64,000 bases of DNA from Takakia lepidozioides. Its lineage: Eukaryota > Plantae > Bryophyta. The notes beneath the pieces are model-generated. The model searched no databases and was not told where the DNA came from. It saw only the letters and a list, made by a program, of their open reading frames with translations. Each line of letters starts with the position of its first letter. Position 1 is the first letter of the stretch. Location: contig CM060734.1 in the NCBI GenBank assembly GCA_030704615.1, forward strand, positions 43,090,001 through 43,154,000, written 5' to 3'. This document shows, piece after piece, positions 10,672 to 22,514 of the stretch. The translations under genes and the position numbers were made by a program.

Positions 10672-12598
10672 GATGCAGGGTTGGGTGGCTCAGAAACTGT
10701 GTAATATGGCGGTTTCAAAGATAGCACATCTACTTTGTTGGCCCTGCCCTTTCTTTAAGGGTAGGGACTATGCATCAGTTTGGTGAGTTGAACCTTAACC
10801 TTATATCATGGGTTGTTCCCATGAAAGATATTGGGAACGTATATATATTCAGAATGGGAACGTGTCCGTATGTAACATTTGTGGCGTATCTGTGCTTTAG
10901 GTGAAGTTGCTTGTTGCATGAAATAATGAAAGTTTCATTGTTGTTGCTGGATTCATTGTATTAATCGTCATTAGTTGAAATTGAATTAAATGAAGCCCTA
11001 AAATAACCCTACGAATTGAGGTGTCATTAAAACGATTGAGAAAGGGATGAAAAAACACGTTTATCATCAGAACTTGGATAGAAGGACACGTGTCGAATGG
11101 TTTCTTTTTTTCCCTGTTTAACTATAAAGAAACTGTCATTGTTACTAACGGATCTTCAAAGCACTCTTGGTCACTACGACATCTCTCTTATGACACTGAA
11201 GCCTAAAAATTTGTAACTTGTGGCATTACATTAATTTTAAACACGTGGCCTGGCCTAATGCACACGATGAAAACGCGATCGTGAGGCATTTCGTTCTTCT
11301 TCACCAAGTCCTGTCGAATGATTTCTTTTTTTCCTGTTTAACTATAAAGAAACTGTCATTTTTTCCAACATATCTTCAAAGCACTCTTGGTCACTACAAC
11401 ATCTCTCTTCATGACTCGAAGCGCATGGTCTAGGATTCAAATCATTGTACTACTCATATAACATAGTTAACAATTTTTGCCGTCAAAAGCCCTAAAAATT
11501 TGTAACTCATGGCATTATATTATTTTTAAACACGTGGCCTGGCCTAATGCACACGATGAAGGCGCGATCGTGAGGCGTTTCGTTCTTCTTCACCAAGTCT
11601 CCCTCTTTAATTTGGTGACATTGTTGATTTGGAACAGGTCCAACAACAAAGTTGTCGCATTATGCTGCAAATTCGCCCGTCACCACCAGTGGCCCAACTC
11701 ACTTAGTCATTTGGGAAACCCGCTAATGGAACATCCTCTGCTTGGCACACTACGAAATGTGAGAAGGCACTGCTGTGTTTTTAGGGACCGAAAATCTTTG
11801 GTAGAAACTATATCAGCTTTCAACACCCCCAATGCTTAGCTGGTTTTTTGTTGTTTTGCTTTGTTTTTCTTTCTACCTACCATTATATGAGTGTAGATTC
11901 ATTTTTTATAGTCCATAAAATTTTATGCTGTAACATCTGTAGTCCACAGTAATCATCTTTAAAAGTCCATAGCTTTGTAACAAATTATAATCTCTTTTGC
12001 AATCTAACAATTGGTACACATTTCTATTGTAATTAGAAACCTTACACCAACGAACTTACGTGAAATTTCGATTTGTTGGAACAATATAATTGAAATCACA
12101 GATGAAGGTCACTATAGATTATATGGATTAGCTACCTTAGGATTGTATCGTCTTTTACTAAGAATGCATACAAATCTATAATCTAGAATGGCCAGGAGAA
12201 TCTCTTACGAATCTTGGTAGCAAATTACTCCCGAACATTGTCTTGTAGTATATTAAATAAAAAATATCTAGTGATGGTTCAAGTTGGCAACCTTATGTTG
12301 AAATAGACTTTTTATTTTGATAAGATGATATTCATACATGGTACAAGACATATTAGTGTGTTAGTACCAAACAAGGATATTTTTTTTGTGTTTGTATCTA
12401 CTTTGGGATAGTTCTCATAATATTGTGTTGATGGAACAATGTCTTCAATATTTGGGGGGGGACTCTTTTCTAAAAATGTTAGATATACTACTATCTATTT
12501 TTCTAAAAATAAACTGAAAATACAAAATCAGAATTTTGTTTTTCCGGACTTCTAATGGACTCAACATCTACCGCTTTTGAGCCACCCAACCCTGCATC
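10672..12598. mobile_element. Non-autonomous DNA transposon-like element with 21-bp perfect terminal inverted repeats
   Basis: GATGCAGGGTTGGGTGGCTCA (10672-10692) and its exact reverse complement (12578-12598) enclose an AT-rich interior with no intact ORF. Confidence 0.7.
11090..11600. repeat. Imperfect tandem duplication inside the TIR element
   Basis: 11090-11195 matches 11311-11415 and 11201-11310 matches 11490-11600; the first unit lacks about 70 bp. Confidence 0.85.
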
Positions 12599-13542
12599 TG
12601 TCCACAACCACAAATAGTAAGCCTAACAAAAGAAAAATCAACCTAATCGCTCCTTAAAATACTGACTGCCATGTTGCTGGCATCCCACCATCTAAAAGAG
12701 GGCCCATTGAAATATGAGGAAAACTAAGCCAAAAAACTAAAAATGGAGGCCCACAACAGGCTGAATGGGCGCTTAAGGGTTAATGGGCACATTACCAACC
12801 TCGAAAATGGCCGTGGTTCAATCCACCAATTGGTGTCACAAAGGTATCCACCTTCCTCACTGAAGGCACTCCCTTGTGGTAAAGAGACACCACGATTTTA
12901 CACTTTCTTAGAGTATCTCCTGCATCACGGTAAAGATACCCGGCCAGCGCCAATCTAGTCTCGTTGCAAAATGTGGGGCCCAAATCAGATAATAACGCCA
13001 AATAATTTGGGGCGGGGCTACTCAAGTTTGCATTTCCCTGCCAGATTTTGCCTATATATGGGGCTCCAAACCTAGCCCGTCACTATGTTTGGATCCCTTT
13101 TTTGACTACACGTATCTGCAACCACTCTACGCACGTTGCCACCCCAAGCTCTTGACAGCACCGAAATACCAGAGGCAACAGAATCAAGGCGGGCCCAAAC
13201 GTGCCAACAAGGCCAATATAGCGAGACACCAAGTTTCTACTCCTCCGCTATCTTGGAAATTGGCCCCGCCCAGCGGGACGGTACAATGCATTTGGCGGGG
13301 TATTTTGCACCGTAAGGTGATGCTCTTACTACCAGCTACCTCAAGTCCATGCAAATCCCCAATAGCATATGGGATAACAAAACAAAACAAATGAAGAATC
13401 CCTATTTTTTGGGCGGTGTCCCATGCATAAGCCGGCGAGGTTACTGTGAAAGAGGGTTATTTTCTCCTCTCACTATAATTAAGTGGCCTGATTGGTTCCC
13501 AGGTGTTTTCAGGATTCTCAGGGGCTCCGTTGAGTCCCTGTT

Positions 13543-13686
13543 CTATATATACATGTGCTGGCCAGAAGAAGACAGCACAGAGTAAGAAAGGACATTATAA
13601 GCTCCAACAAAGCTCCAGTGAATTAAGGCAAAAAACAAGCACTGGAAACCCGCCTAAGTTGTTGCACAGGACAGTGCCTTGTGAGT
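13543..13686 (+). promoter_or_regulatory. Probable TATA box and non-coding first exon of the beta-lactamase-fold gene
   Basis: CTATATATAC at 13543-13552, donor GTGAGT at 13681, and GGCCCA site-II-like motifs upstream (about 12700-13200). Confidence 0.5.
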
Positions 13687-14386
13687 GGAAGCTGCCAGGC
13701 ATTTCTGTGTCTTGCCAGCATTTCTGTTGCTATGCTTAATATGCAGAGCAATAGACAGATGCATATGAACGACATTGTTTCAAATTTCCAGGCCATGCGA
13801 TAACTTGCTTACTGTGCTGTAGAGTGTTTGCATGCAATTGAGCTGGCATCAGAAAGCAGTGGGAGCAAGTGAGGATTTGAATCCCACAAAGTGTCTCTTC
13901 TCGTGCGGTGTGACCTGCAGGTGGATGCCTTTTCTGGTGATATTGTGTACTTCATGCGAGTTCTGAACCTGGTTCGTGGGTCCACTCTGCCCCAGAAAGG
14001 GTAGTTCAGAATTGTAGAATTGTTGTAAACTCTCACTGATTATGCTGCTGCTCACTGAGGAGCAGTCGTTTAATTTGAGCAGTATTTATGCAGGACTGTC
14101 TTCAATGCTTGTTGCGTGAGTAGTGTATCCTGAGATCATGCACCCCTTTACAGAGGCCGCCTTGTGCTGAAGGGAGCAAAGGGCCATTGAGTTGTGAGCG
14201 GCTTGATATTGGACACATAATTTTTCCATATCATTAAGGCTGTTGTACAGTCAGTCACTGCTTTTGATACTTTCGTCCTTTTCCCATCGAGGCTGTTGTG
14301 AGTCTGGAGAATCTGAGGGAAACTCATACCACATTGAGGTGGCTTTATGTTGGCACAGTGGAAATGCGTTGACGAGTGGCGGTCAG

Positions 14387-17300
14387 ATGGAAAGCGCAAG
14401 CTGGATTCACAACACTCCTTCCAACTCCTTAGTAGAGCAGAAGTTGCGAGAGCTGCTGCTGGACTTAGGGCGCAAGCAACAGGTGGTTGGCATTCAGGTG
14501 TATGCCTCTACCTCAGCAAATTGGAATTGTGATAGTCTTGGATTTTTGATGCAGTAGAAGTTTGAGATGGTCTAATTGTCTTTGGTTTCCCTGCAAACTT
14601 TGCTGATTCATGGTTTGACCATTGCCATACGTTGGGAGAGGATTGCGGGTCACTGAGGGTTGGACTAACTGTTTCAGGTTCTATCACCATTTCATGTGCT
14701 ACTTATGGTGAAGCAATTGCAGTGTTAGAGCTGACTTTTATCTGTATCATTGTGGGTATCAATGGAGGTCTGAGGGTACATGTTGTAAGAAACTTTCCTA
14801 AATCTCTTGGCGTTCCCTCTTCAACCAATCATCCGCAACTTACATGTCAGCTTCCTGCAGGTTTGTGCTTACAAGGATGGGAAAGTAGTCATAGACACGT
14901 CGGCAGGAGTCCTTGGAAAAGATGACCCCAGGCCAGTTCAACCAGACAGCTTGTTTCCTTGCTTCTCAGTGACAAAAGGCATCACTGCAGGCCTTGTGCA
15001 TTGGCTGGCCGATCAGGGGTACTCTCTGTTCCTGGAACGTGATTTTTACGTTTGCCAAAACAGTTCCCAATGTGGATATGTTTGTCTGTTTGAATCTAGG
15101 GTGCTCATCTAGGATTCTGCTTTTTACCAAGAAGAAATTAACTCGTTTCTTCCTTGTTGCTATTTGCAGAAAATTGAGCTTAAGTGCCAAGGTGGCAAGT
15201 TATTGGCCAGAATTTGCGGTCAATGGGAAAGAGAACATCACAGTAAGTGATTATTCTCAATGAGTCTCTTTCCAGGGATCTGAAGACACTTCCATTGTCA
15301 TCGGAGATAACCCCGTCGTCATTGTGCGCTTGTCATCTTTCAGTATTGTCCAATATGTAGCATTTCAGAAGTGGCAGCTGAATTTCTTTTCTCATGCCCT
15401 AGATACTACGAGATCAGACACTGCTGCCTCTTTAGGGGTTGCTTGATTTGGCAGGGGCCTCCAGCTATGAAGCACTGGTGCTCAGCAGCTTATCTTTCTT
15501 TTATGGTTGTGAGTTCTGGGCACCTGGTGTCTCAGTTTCCTGGTGTGAGAAAGATCTGGAACTGCTGCAGTCATCTTTCCTCCAAGCAATGCTTGCTGCT
15601 CGAGGCACAACTCTATCACACATTCTATGTGCGGAGTTTGTATGCGTGCCCCTTCAAACCGAAGCCAGCTTCTGGCTCAGAAATGCTTGGCAGCTTATCT
15701 GCACGAAGCTCCGACCCTTAGGCAATCCCTTGAGCAGTAGTTGCATTTGGGCTGCTTCTGGCTTCAATCTTTGTCTTTTGTTCTCTTTCTGGTTTCTTGT
15801 TTCCTTTGTACCATAAGCTCTTTGAGCTTTCTATGGACGTTTTAAAGTTCCATTTCATTGCATTGCTTTCCTTCTCTTCCTCTTTCTCCTGCAGGAGAGT
15901 CTGGGAATCCTGAATCTCAGTTGTTGTCAAAATTGTGATTAGGTTGCGCATGTGTTAAATCACACAGCTGGTCTTCAGAGTGCACTGGCAGACGACATAA
16001 AAGATGCCCAGCTTATGTGCAATTGGGAAGACAAGCTCAAGGGCTTGGCTTTGGCAACACCAGTATCGGCACCGGGTGAAAAGCAAGATTACCATACCTT
16101 GACCTTTGGCTGGTTGTGCGGAAGCATAATTGAGGTGCAAGTTCTGAACTGTTGAAGATTATCTAGTGAGGATGAGGTAGCCACAAGCTTGGTCGCAAGA
16201 GAGCGGAAGGGAGCCACCACCATTGCTAAACAATCCCTGCACCAAGAGACAGCTTTGAAATTGATTCTGGCTTCCAGATTTCCCCACCAAACCCATTTAC
16301 CACGCTTCCTTTGGATGTGAATATCCAGACAGATTTCTGTCCCAAAACTTCTAGTGCAGAAGGAGCAATCATGAGCAGGGAGACTAGAGAGAGATGAAAG
16401 AAAGAAAGAGGGGACACCACGTGGGAGGAGGACAGAGTGCCATCACGCGTATATTGTGCAGCACCTTTCATGCAAATACTTTCATACTTAAGTTCCATTT
16501 AGCTTGGTCACAGAGTGTGCAAGCACATGCAGAAGAGACACAAAACAATGAAGAGAGTTGAGAGACAGGATGCCAAGTAAGGAGGAGGGGAGAGCTTCTT
16601 TGCTATTCAGTATCGAATGATGGAGACCTCAAGTCTTATTGTGGAATGGGTGGTGTTGATCAGCTCCCAATGCCTTCTGATATTCATATTTTCGGGTGAT
16701 TGGTGGGAATCAGAAAGCTTCAGGTAGACGCTTTCAGGATCTGTTGGAAGAAGTCTTTGTTGGCCCGCTTGGTGTGAGCGGAGAATTCTATGTTGGTATT
16801 CCAGCTGGTACATTCCTTTCCTGAACCTACTTTTTTGTTGGTTTTTGGATTGGATGAATTTGTGTTCTGGATTCATTGATTGTGGTTGATGAGCGATAAC
16901 ACCACGTCACATTAAATAGGATGCTATTGGTGCCCCAACAATACAACAGAAAAGGGATGAGTGATAAGAAAGAAATCTAAGGGAGATGAAAGGAACTGGG
17001 CTCGGGACCTCAGTTGATTCAAGGAGACATGAGAAAGGAGGATGGTCTGAGAGAATTGATGGGAGAGATTGTCATTGAAGTCCCTGGGTGGGGTCGTAAA
17101 AGTTGATGATCATGGAATACGCAGCAAATAATCCAGTTTGTCCAGTAAGGGAAAACCCAGTATAGTAGTACATGTTGAGTTCTTGTATTGTATTTTTATG
17201 TTCAGATAGAAATACTTATCCCACTGTGAACTCAACTTTTTGGAGTGTGGCTTGATGCAAGGGGAGCTTTGCAGCTGTAAGGGGAAAGTTAAGTGTCATA

Positions 17301-18284
17301 GAGACACAAATGAATGTTGCAGCATCGAAGAAGCTTTCTCATTCATCTAATGTGCCAGTCTTGTGCACTTTGACAGGGGTGGAGACTCGTCTGGCTTCAG
17401 TTGCTCTGGATAGTAGAGAGTTGGAGTTCATTAAGAATACCAGTGAGGCCCTCAAGTCAGAGGGGACAGTGGAGGGAGGTGTGCCGGGCATCCCAACTGA
17501 AGGAGTTGCGAAGGCCTCTGAAAAGATAACAAACACAGCTTATCCGCAGAAGCCAGTCAGTGGAGATTCCATTGCAGCCATATCTGCAATTGTAGATTTG
17601 ATCAACACTTTGTCCGTTCGACGTGCAATAATTCCAGCTGCCAATGGTCATTTCTCAGCACGCGCCTTGGCCCGCTACTATGCAATGCTTGCAACGGGGG
17701 GGTTTATCCCTCCCAAGCCTGCCTCAAGTGAGCCCCCCTTAGGTAGTCACCCACAAAAGCCCTCGGAAGGAATGAAGTCAGCAACTCCGGCTATGAAAAA
17801 TAAGAACAAGAGCAAGAACCAGACGGTGGGGAGTAATATTGATTCAAATGATCCAGAGGCTCCTGAAGCTGCTGCAACCCCAGCACCTGGCAAAATATTT
17901 TCTAGCCCTACAATTTTTAATGCTTTTACGGGCTCTGGTGAGTATAGCAATCTGGTATGCATCAAAGACTGTTTGGTATTCAAAGGCGAAAAGTTTGGAC
18001 TTGGATTTGGAAGATTTCCTTCAGCCGCGGGGCAAGATGGTAGTTCTGGAGGGGAAATTCTTGGCTTTGGGCATCCAGGGTTAGGTGGTTCAACTGGATT
18101 TTGCTACCCAACGCACAATTTTTCCATGGCCATCACCTTGAACCAGCTTACCTTGAACCAGCTATCGGACGGTGCGGTGGCAGCTCAAATAGTTCGATTG
18201 GTCACCTCGGAGATGGGCTTACCTTGTCCCTCAAATGCTGACATCGGACCTGATAGAACAGGCGGAGGCGTTTCAGAGAATTGA
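14387..18284 (+). CDS. Beta-lactamase-fold serine hydrolase (about 511 aa), homologous to the C-terminal domain of plant ABC1-kinase/beta-lactamase fusion proteins
   Basis: Exons 14387-14497, 14861-15018, 15170-15242, 15943-16134, 16714-16807, 17377-18284 with consistent phases (1536 nt). Motifs FSVTK (SxxK), LNHTAG, YHTLTFGW and GHPGLGG. Confidence 0.9.
15375..15866 (+). mobile_element. Rearranged fragment of the LINE family at 55663-57780, in an intron
   Basis: Blocks match about 57520, 56829-56993, 57618 and the 3' end at 57725-57780 (CATTTC-type tail). Confidence 0.85.
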
Positions 18285-19500
18285 GGAGCACCCATCGTGT
18301 ATGTTACTAGTGATATGGCAAGTGTATGGCTTGCTCTCTTTGGCAGTGGACACTTACATGTTGACATCTCCCATTGCCTCCTCGGGAGTGTATACCGATC
18401 TCTTCCTGTCCACTCTCTATCTTATCTTCATCATATCTACATAAAATGTTTTACTAAGCCCATGAGTCTAGCTAGCCCCATGAGCGTTTCCACTATTACT
18501 CGCTTTTGAAGGTCATAAGCGCTGTAGCTGGTGCCTCTCTTGATGTCTACAAATATTAACACTCCTTTGGGATATATGTAAGCAATTTCTGAATTCTACA
18601 TGCCTCAGCTGTTAATAGCAAAACTCTCTGGTTTTCGCATGAATGTGACGGATGGCCTCTAGCTTTGTGCTGCTTGGTGGGGGCATGCATATTGATTTGT
18701 CTGGTGCTTAGGGCCACTGCCCCACTTAAGATTAGAGTTAAGAACATTTTAAGATAATGAGTTAACTGTGATTTGGTCCAGTTAAATGCTTCAGATTCAC
18801 CTCACTTAACTAAAACTGCAAGTTTAGTTGCCTTATGGCTGATCAACCTTTTCAGACTGCATTAAGAAATCAAGAACTTCAATTGTACAACGTCCACTCA
18901 CAGCAACCTTCATATCACCCCACAAGTGTCCACTGAACGACCAGAACCAATTGGCTAGTCACAGAGCCAATATTGCCTCACTGCATTACCTTTACTCCCG
19001 GCAGTAGGAGGCTAACCATCTGGGCTTTCATTTGACATAGATTAGTAAGAAGGCCCTGCTCATCTCTCATTTTAGCCACATGGTGCAGTCTGTGACACGA
19101 CATCATTTTATGAAGGTTTCAAATCTGAATGGCAAACAATTTCCAACGGCATAGAATAGTAACACTTTGCTTTCTTCTTGGATTGTTACACAACTTACAT
19201 ATGCATCCTGTGTTTCTACTGTGAAACTACTTTTCCAGTTTCAGCAAATATCTTGTATCTTTTTGTCTTGCCAAGCCCAGATGTCCTTCATTGCTTCGCC
19301 GACCCGAGATAACAGACCTCTCTCTTCCTCTCCTTTCCTTCTCTGAGAATCTACTGACACTTGTTTTCCCAATTTGTTGTGGTATTTTCAGCTCCTAGTT
19401 GATAGACTCAAACTTTCTTGTCAGGGTTAGAAATTCGTTCTTGTTGCTGTCTCCAGACGATTACAGCCTGCATACTTGGGATTAGGACACTGAAGTCACC

Positions 19501-19974
19501 ATGCAGGCAGCTATGGTTGTAGCGTCGAACGTGAACGCAGGTGGATTGCTGGGTGCTTCCCACACGAGTTTGCTAAGAAGCACTGCCATACCCATGAACC
19601 AGGTGATATCATTGCCCATTTGCAGACCAAGAGGTGGCATTCGCATGCGGCCTGTGATTGTGCAATCTCAGCCCCAAGAGCAAGAGTATGTGAACTATAC
19701 CGGCAAGCAATCGGTGTTCCCTGCAGAGGCATGCGAGGACGTTGGGGGTGATGCTTGTGTGGTGGAGGGTGTTGGACCTGAGGTGAAGCCCAAGGCCGCG
19801 GTCGCTAAGGAGGCTCCCAAAGCAGCAGAAGGCCCAGACCGTGAATATGTGGACTACGTGACTGAGAAAAAGACTGTGTTTCCTGGAGAAGCTTGTGATG
19901 AGCTCGGTGGCGAGTTTTGCGAAGAAGATTTCCAGAAGGGGGTATTCCCAGATAAGACCAAGGTTAGCAATTAG
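19501..19974 (+). CDS. LIR1: Light-regulated protein LIR1, chloroplast-targeted; intronless CDS
   Basis: Transit-peptide-like N-terminus and two SVFPAEACEDVGGDAC / TVFPGEACDELGGEFC repeats characteristic of Lir1. Confidence 0.92.
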   Translation: MQAAMVVASNVNAGGLLGASHTSLLRSTAIPMNQVISLPICRPRGGIRMRPVIVQSQPQEQEYVNYTGKQSVFPAEACEDVGGDACVVEGVGPEVKPKAAVAKEAPKAAEGPDREYVDYVTEKKTVFPGEACDELGGEFCEEDFQKGVFPDKTKVSN

Positions 19975-21689
19975 AATATGAAATCCCTGAAGGGCATAAC
20001 AATTAGAAGTTCTGACATTACCACTTTTGAATTCTGTAGGAAGCTGGAGGAGCATATACTTCCTCATGTTATCCAAGCTGTGCAAATATAGCTGTAGCTT
20101 CTTCGGTTTCCAATATTCTTCCGTACAGCGGTTGGTTAAGATGGTCTGCCTCATGGCATTGGAACAGGGCTCATTGTTCCTTCTGTTGTCCTTTAAGCTT
20201 ATCTGGGGTACGGTTACCCTTCTGTCTCTCTGTGTCCGGCTGCGAGGACTTGGCCCCTTAAGTCTCAATTGGCCAGTAAGTCTGGACATCGTCGATTTCT
20301 GGCTTGTAACAGATGAATCACAACAGCCCTGCCCTTAGATTATTTTGGAGCTTCCTTTTGTGCCAAGAGAAGACTTATCCCCATTCTTGCGTCACCAGAC
20401 ATGCATTGAATCCATGAGTATTGAAATCCAAGCTTACGTTGCCCATACCCTATTTAACGACGTTCTCAAAAGCTTGCACACTAATGCACATTGGTGCAGA
20501 GCTACTGAACTAAGAGCATCTCGAGTGGCCTTCGGCTATTGAATGTATATGTGACATTTGCTAGGTGGTAGAGCAGAGGAGCAATGAGAGGTTGCACATC
20601 AGTTTGTCTGCAGTGCTACTGACTTGGTTGACTAGCACTCAATAAGTACCTGAAATACAAAAGACGTGTACTAGGAAATACGCTATCATGCACTCAATTT
20701 CAGTACTTCGAAACTAGGTCTGCTTTTGTGCTTCCTGGCCTTGCGTTGTTTCCTGAGTGTCTCTTTTATCCCTTCTCTCTTGATCTCTCATATCAGCCTT
20801 ATAGAGGAGCGTATGTACCTCTGCAAAGTGAGGTTCTGTTGCATTCTCCACAGCAGCTACCCATGCTCGATGCTTTTCTTGGGACCGAAGAGTGCTGTTA
20901 CCTCTCCTTGTCCAACATCTGCCCAAGAGCCAGCAGCGATCAGGACTGACAATATGGAACACCGTGTAACCTGTCCTTCAGACAGCAGGTAATGCCCCCA
21001 TTGCACTATAACAACTTCAAAAGACGACAGGTACTATGACAGTCACCATTTCTGCACATGGCCCACATCTTGCTGCACTAAACCTCCCCTCGTCTCCAAC
21101 TATCTCAGCATTCCATCATGATACTAAATTATGTAAATATTGCTTCTATTCATGATTTGCATCCATCAAGAAGGCATCCTGTTTCCTGGTGGTCGGAGGC
21201 CATGATCGACGTGCCTGGACTGGCAAGCCTACAGCCTCGCATGAGAAGTGCGCGGGTCTGCAGCTGGGTCCCAACAGCAGGACCTCATTCGAGGCAGTTT
21301 TTTTTCCCGCTTCTGGTCTTGTAGTCTTGTGAAGTTCTTAAGCAGCAGCGAGCTGTAGCTTGTCTGTCTGTCTTTGGGAGCTTTGCAGCTGTTGTGTGTG
21401 TTGCCAAACAGAATAAAATATTCTGTTTCGTTTGTGTTGGGTTCTGCTGAAACCAGCAGACTTTGAAGGCCAAATCGCCTTCAGTCGTGGGAATAATAAA
21501 CGCAGTGAACTCACATGCTATGAATGTAAAATATGAATCTTGCAGAGTGCAATCTTGGCTTCACCAAAGAATTGTATCTGTTTACATCTTAACAAACGTT
21601 GTGCCACCCAGCTCAGGTGCCATATCAGGAAGCCAGCTCTGGCCTTTCGTTAGTGGATTTGTGGAATGCTATCCTTCGTGTGCCAAAGA

Positions 21690-21995
21690 GCTGGTTGATA
21701 GAACTGAAATTGGTACTTCTGACCACTTTCTTGTTTAGACTGAGATCAAAAGTTGTAAGAGACCTGCGAAACACTCAATTTGCAATAGACGCATAGAAAA
21801 ATTCCAGAGTGAAGAGGTCAAGAAAGATTATGTTGAAGCTTTGAAAGAGGCTCTCCCACACTTCATCCAATCTCTCCAAGACCTTCCCTCTTACTTCGAT
21901 GATGCAAGAAGTGAAGCCGAAAGAGCTATGGATTTTTGCGAGAGTTTTGTCACCTCTGCCGCTGATAAGATCATTGGTAGGAAAAAAGCAAAGAG
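21690..21995 (+). mobile_element. LINE ORF2 fragment (end of the AP-endonuclease domain plus linker)
   Basis: VDRTEIGTSDHFLV*TEIK...EKFQSEEVKKDYVEALKE...AADKIIGRKK: the SDH motif followed by a typical EN-RT linker; internal stops. Confidence 0.6.
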
Positions 21996-22514
21996 CCAAG
22001 CAGGAGCAGAGGAGATGGCAAAGGAAAAGCAGATGGCGAGATGGCCCAAGGGAGGCAGCTGCCGCCAGCTTAGAATTACCACTATGGGGGTACTTCTAAA
22101 TTCGCCCTAAACTATGTAGATAGCAGTAGTCAGCCCTAAACTATTTGGAGCAGGGCCGTGCGGCCGAATTCCAAGTTACATGTGCAATAGCAGAATTACC
22201 TTCATGGAAAATATTCCATAGGTTGATTTCAGCGAAGGATCCTGGAATCTAGCATACTTACCTTCATAAAGGTAATCTATGCATGGTGGGAGACAAGTGT
22301 CGGAGCTGCAGTATCCCGCGTGAGCTGCGAGGGAGGGTTTTGCTTAGGAAAGTGCAGTGCAGAGGTTTGCAGAGAGGAGGAGGACATTGCAGTGGGCTGA
22401 AGTTCCAAGACGACAGTGGCTGAGAGGTGTGGGGAAGGTATTCAGACTGTTCATACTCGGAATCGGAATTGTGAAGTTGAGATCGATCGATTGAAACCTA
22501 AGCAAGCAAGTGCA

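Noticed and set aside
14365-14374. TGCGTTGACG and a similar partial match near 38538 as further palindrome copies
   Set aside because: Partial, isolated matches that are compatible with chance.
19609-20289. 226-aa ORF antisense to LIR1
   Set aside because: About half is the shadow of the LIR1 CDS and the rest has no recognisable motif; it cannot be supported without transcript data.
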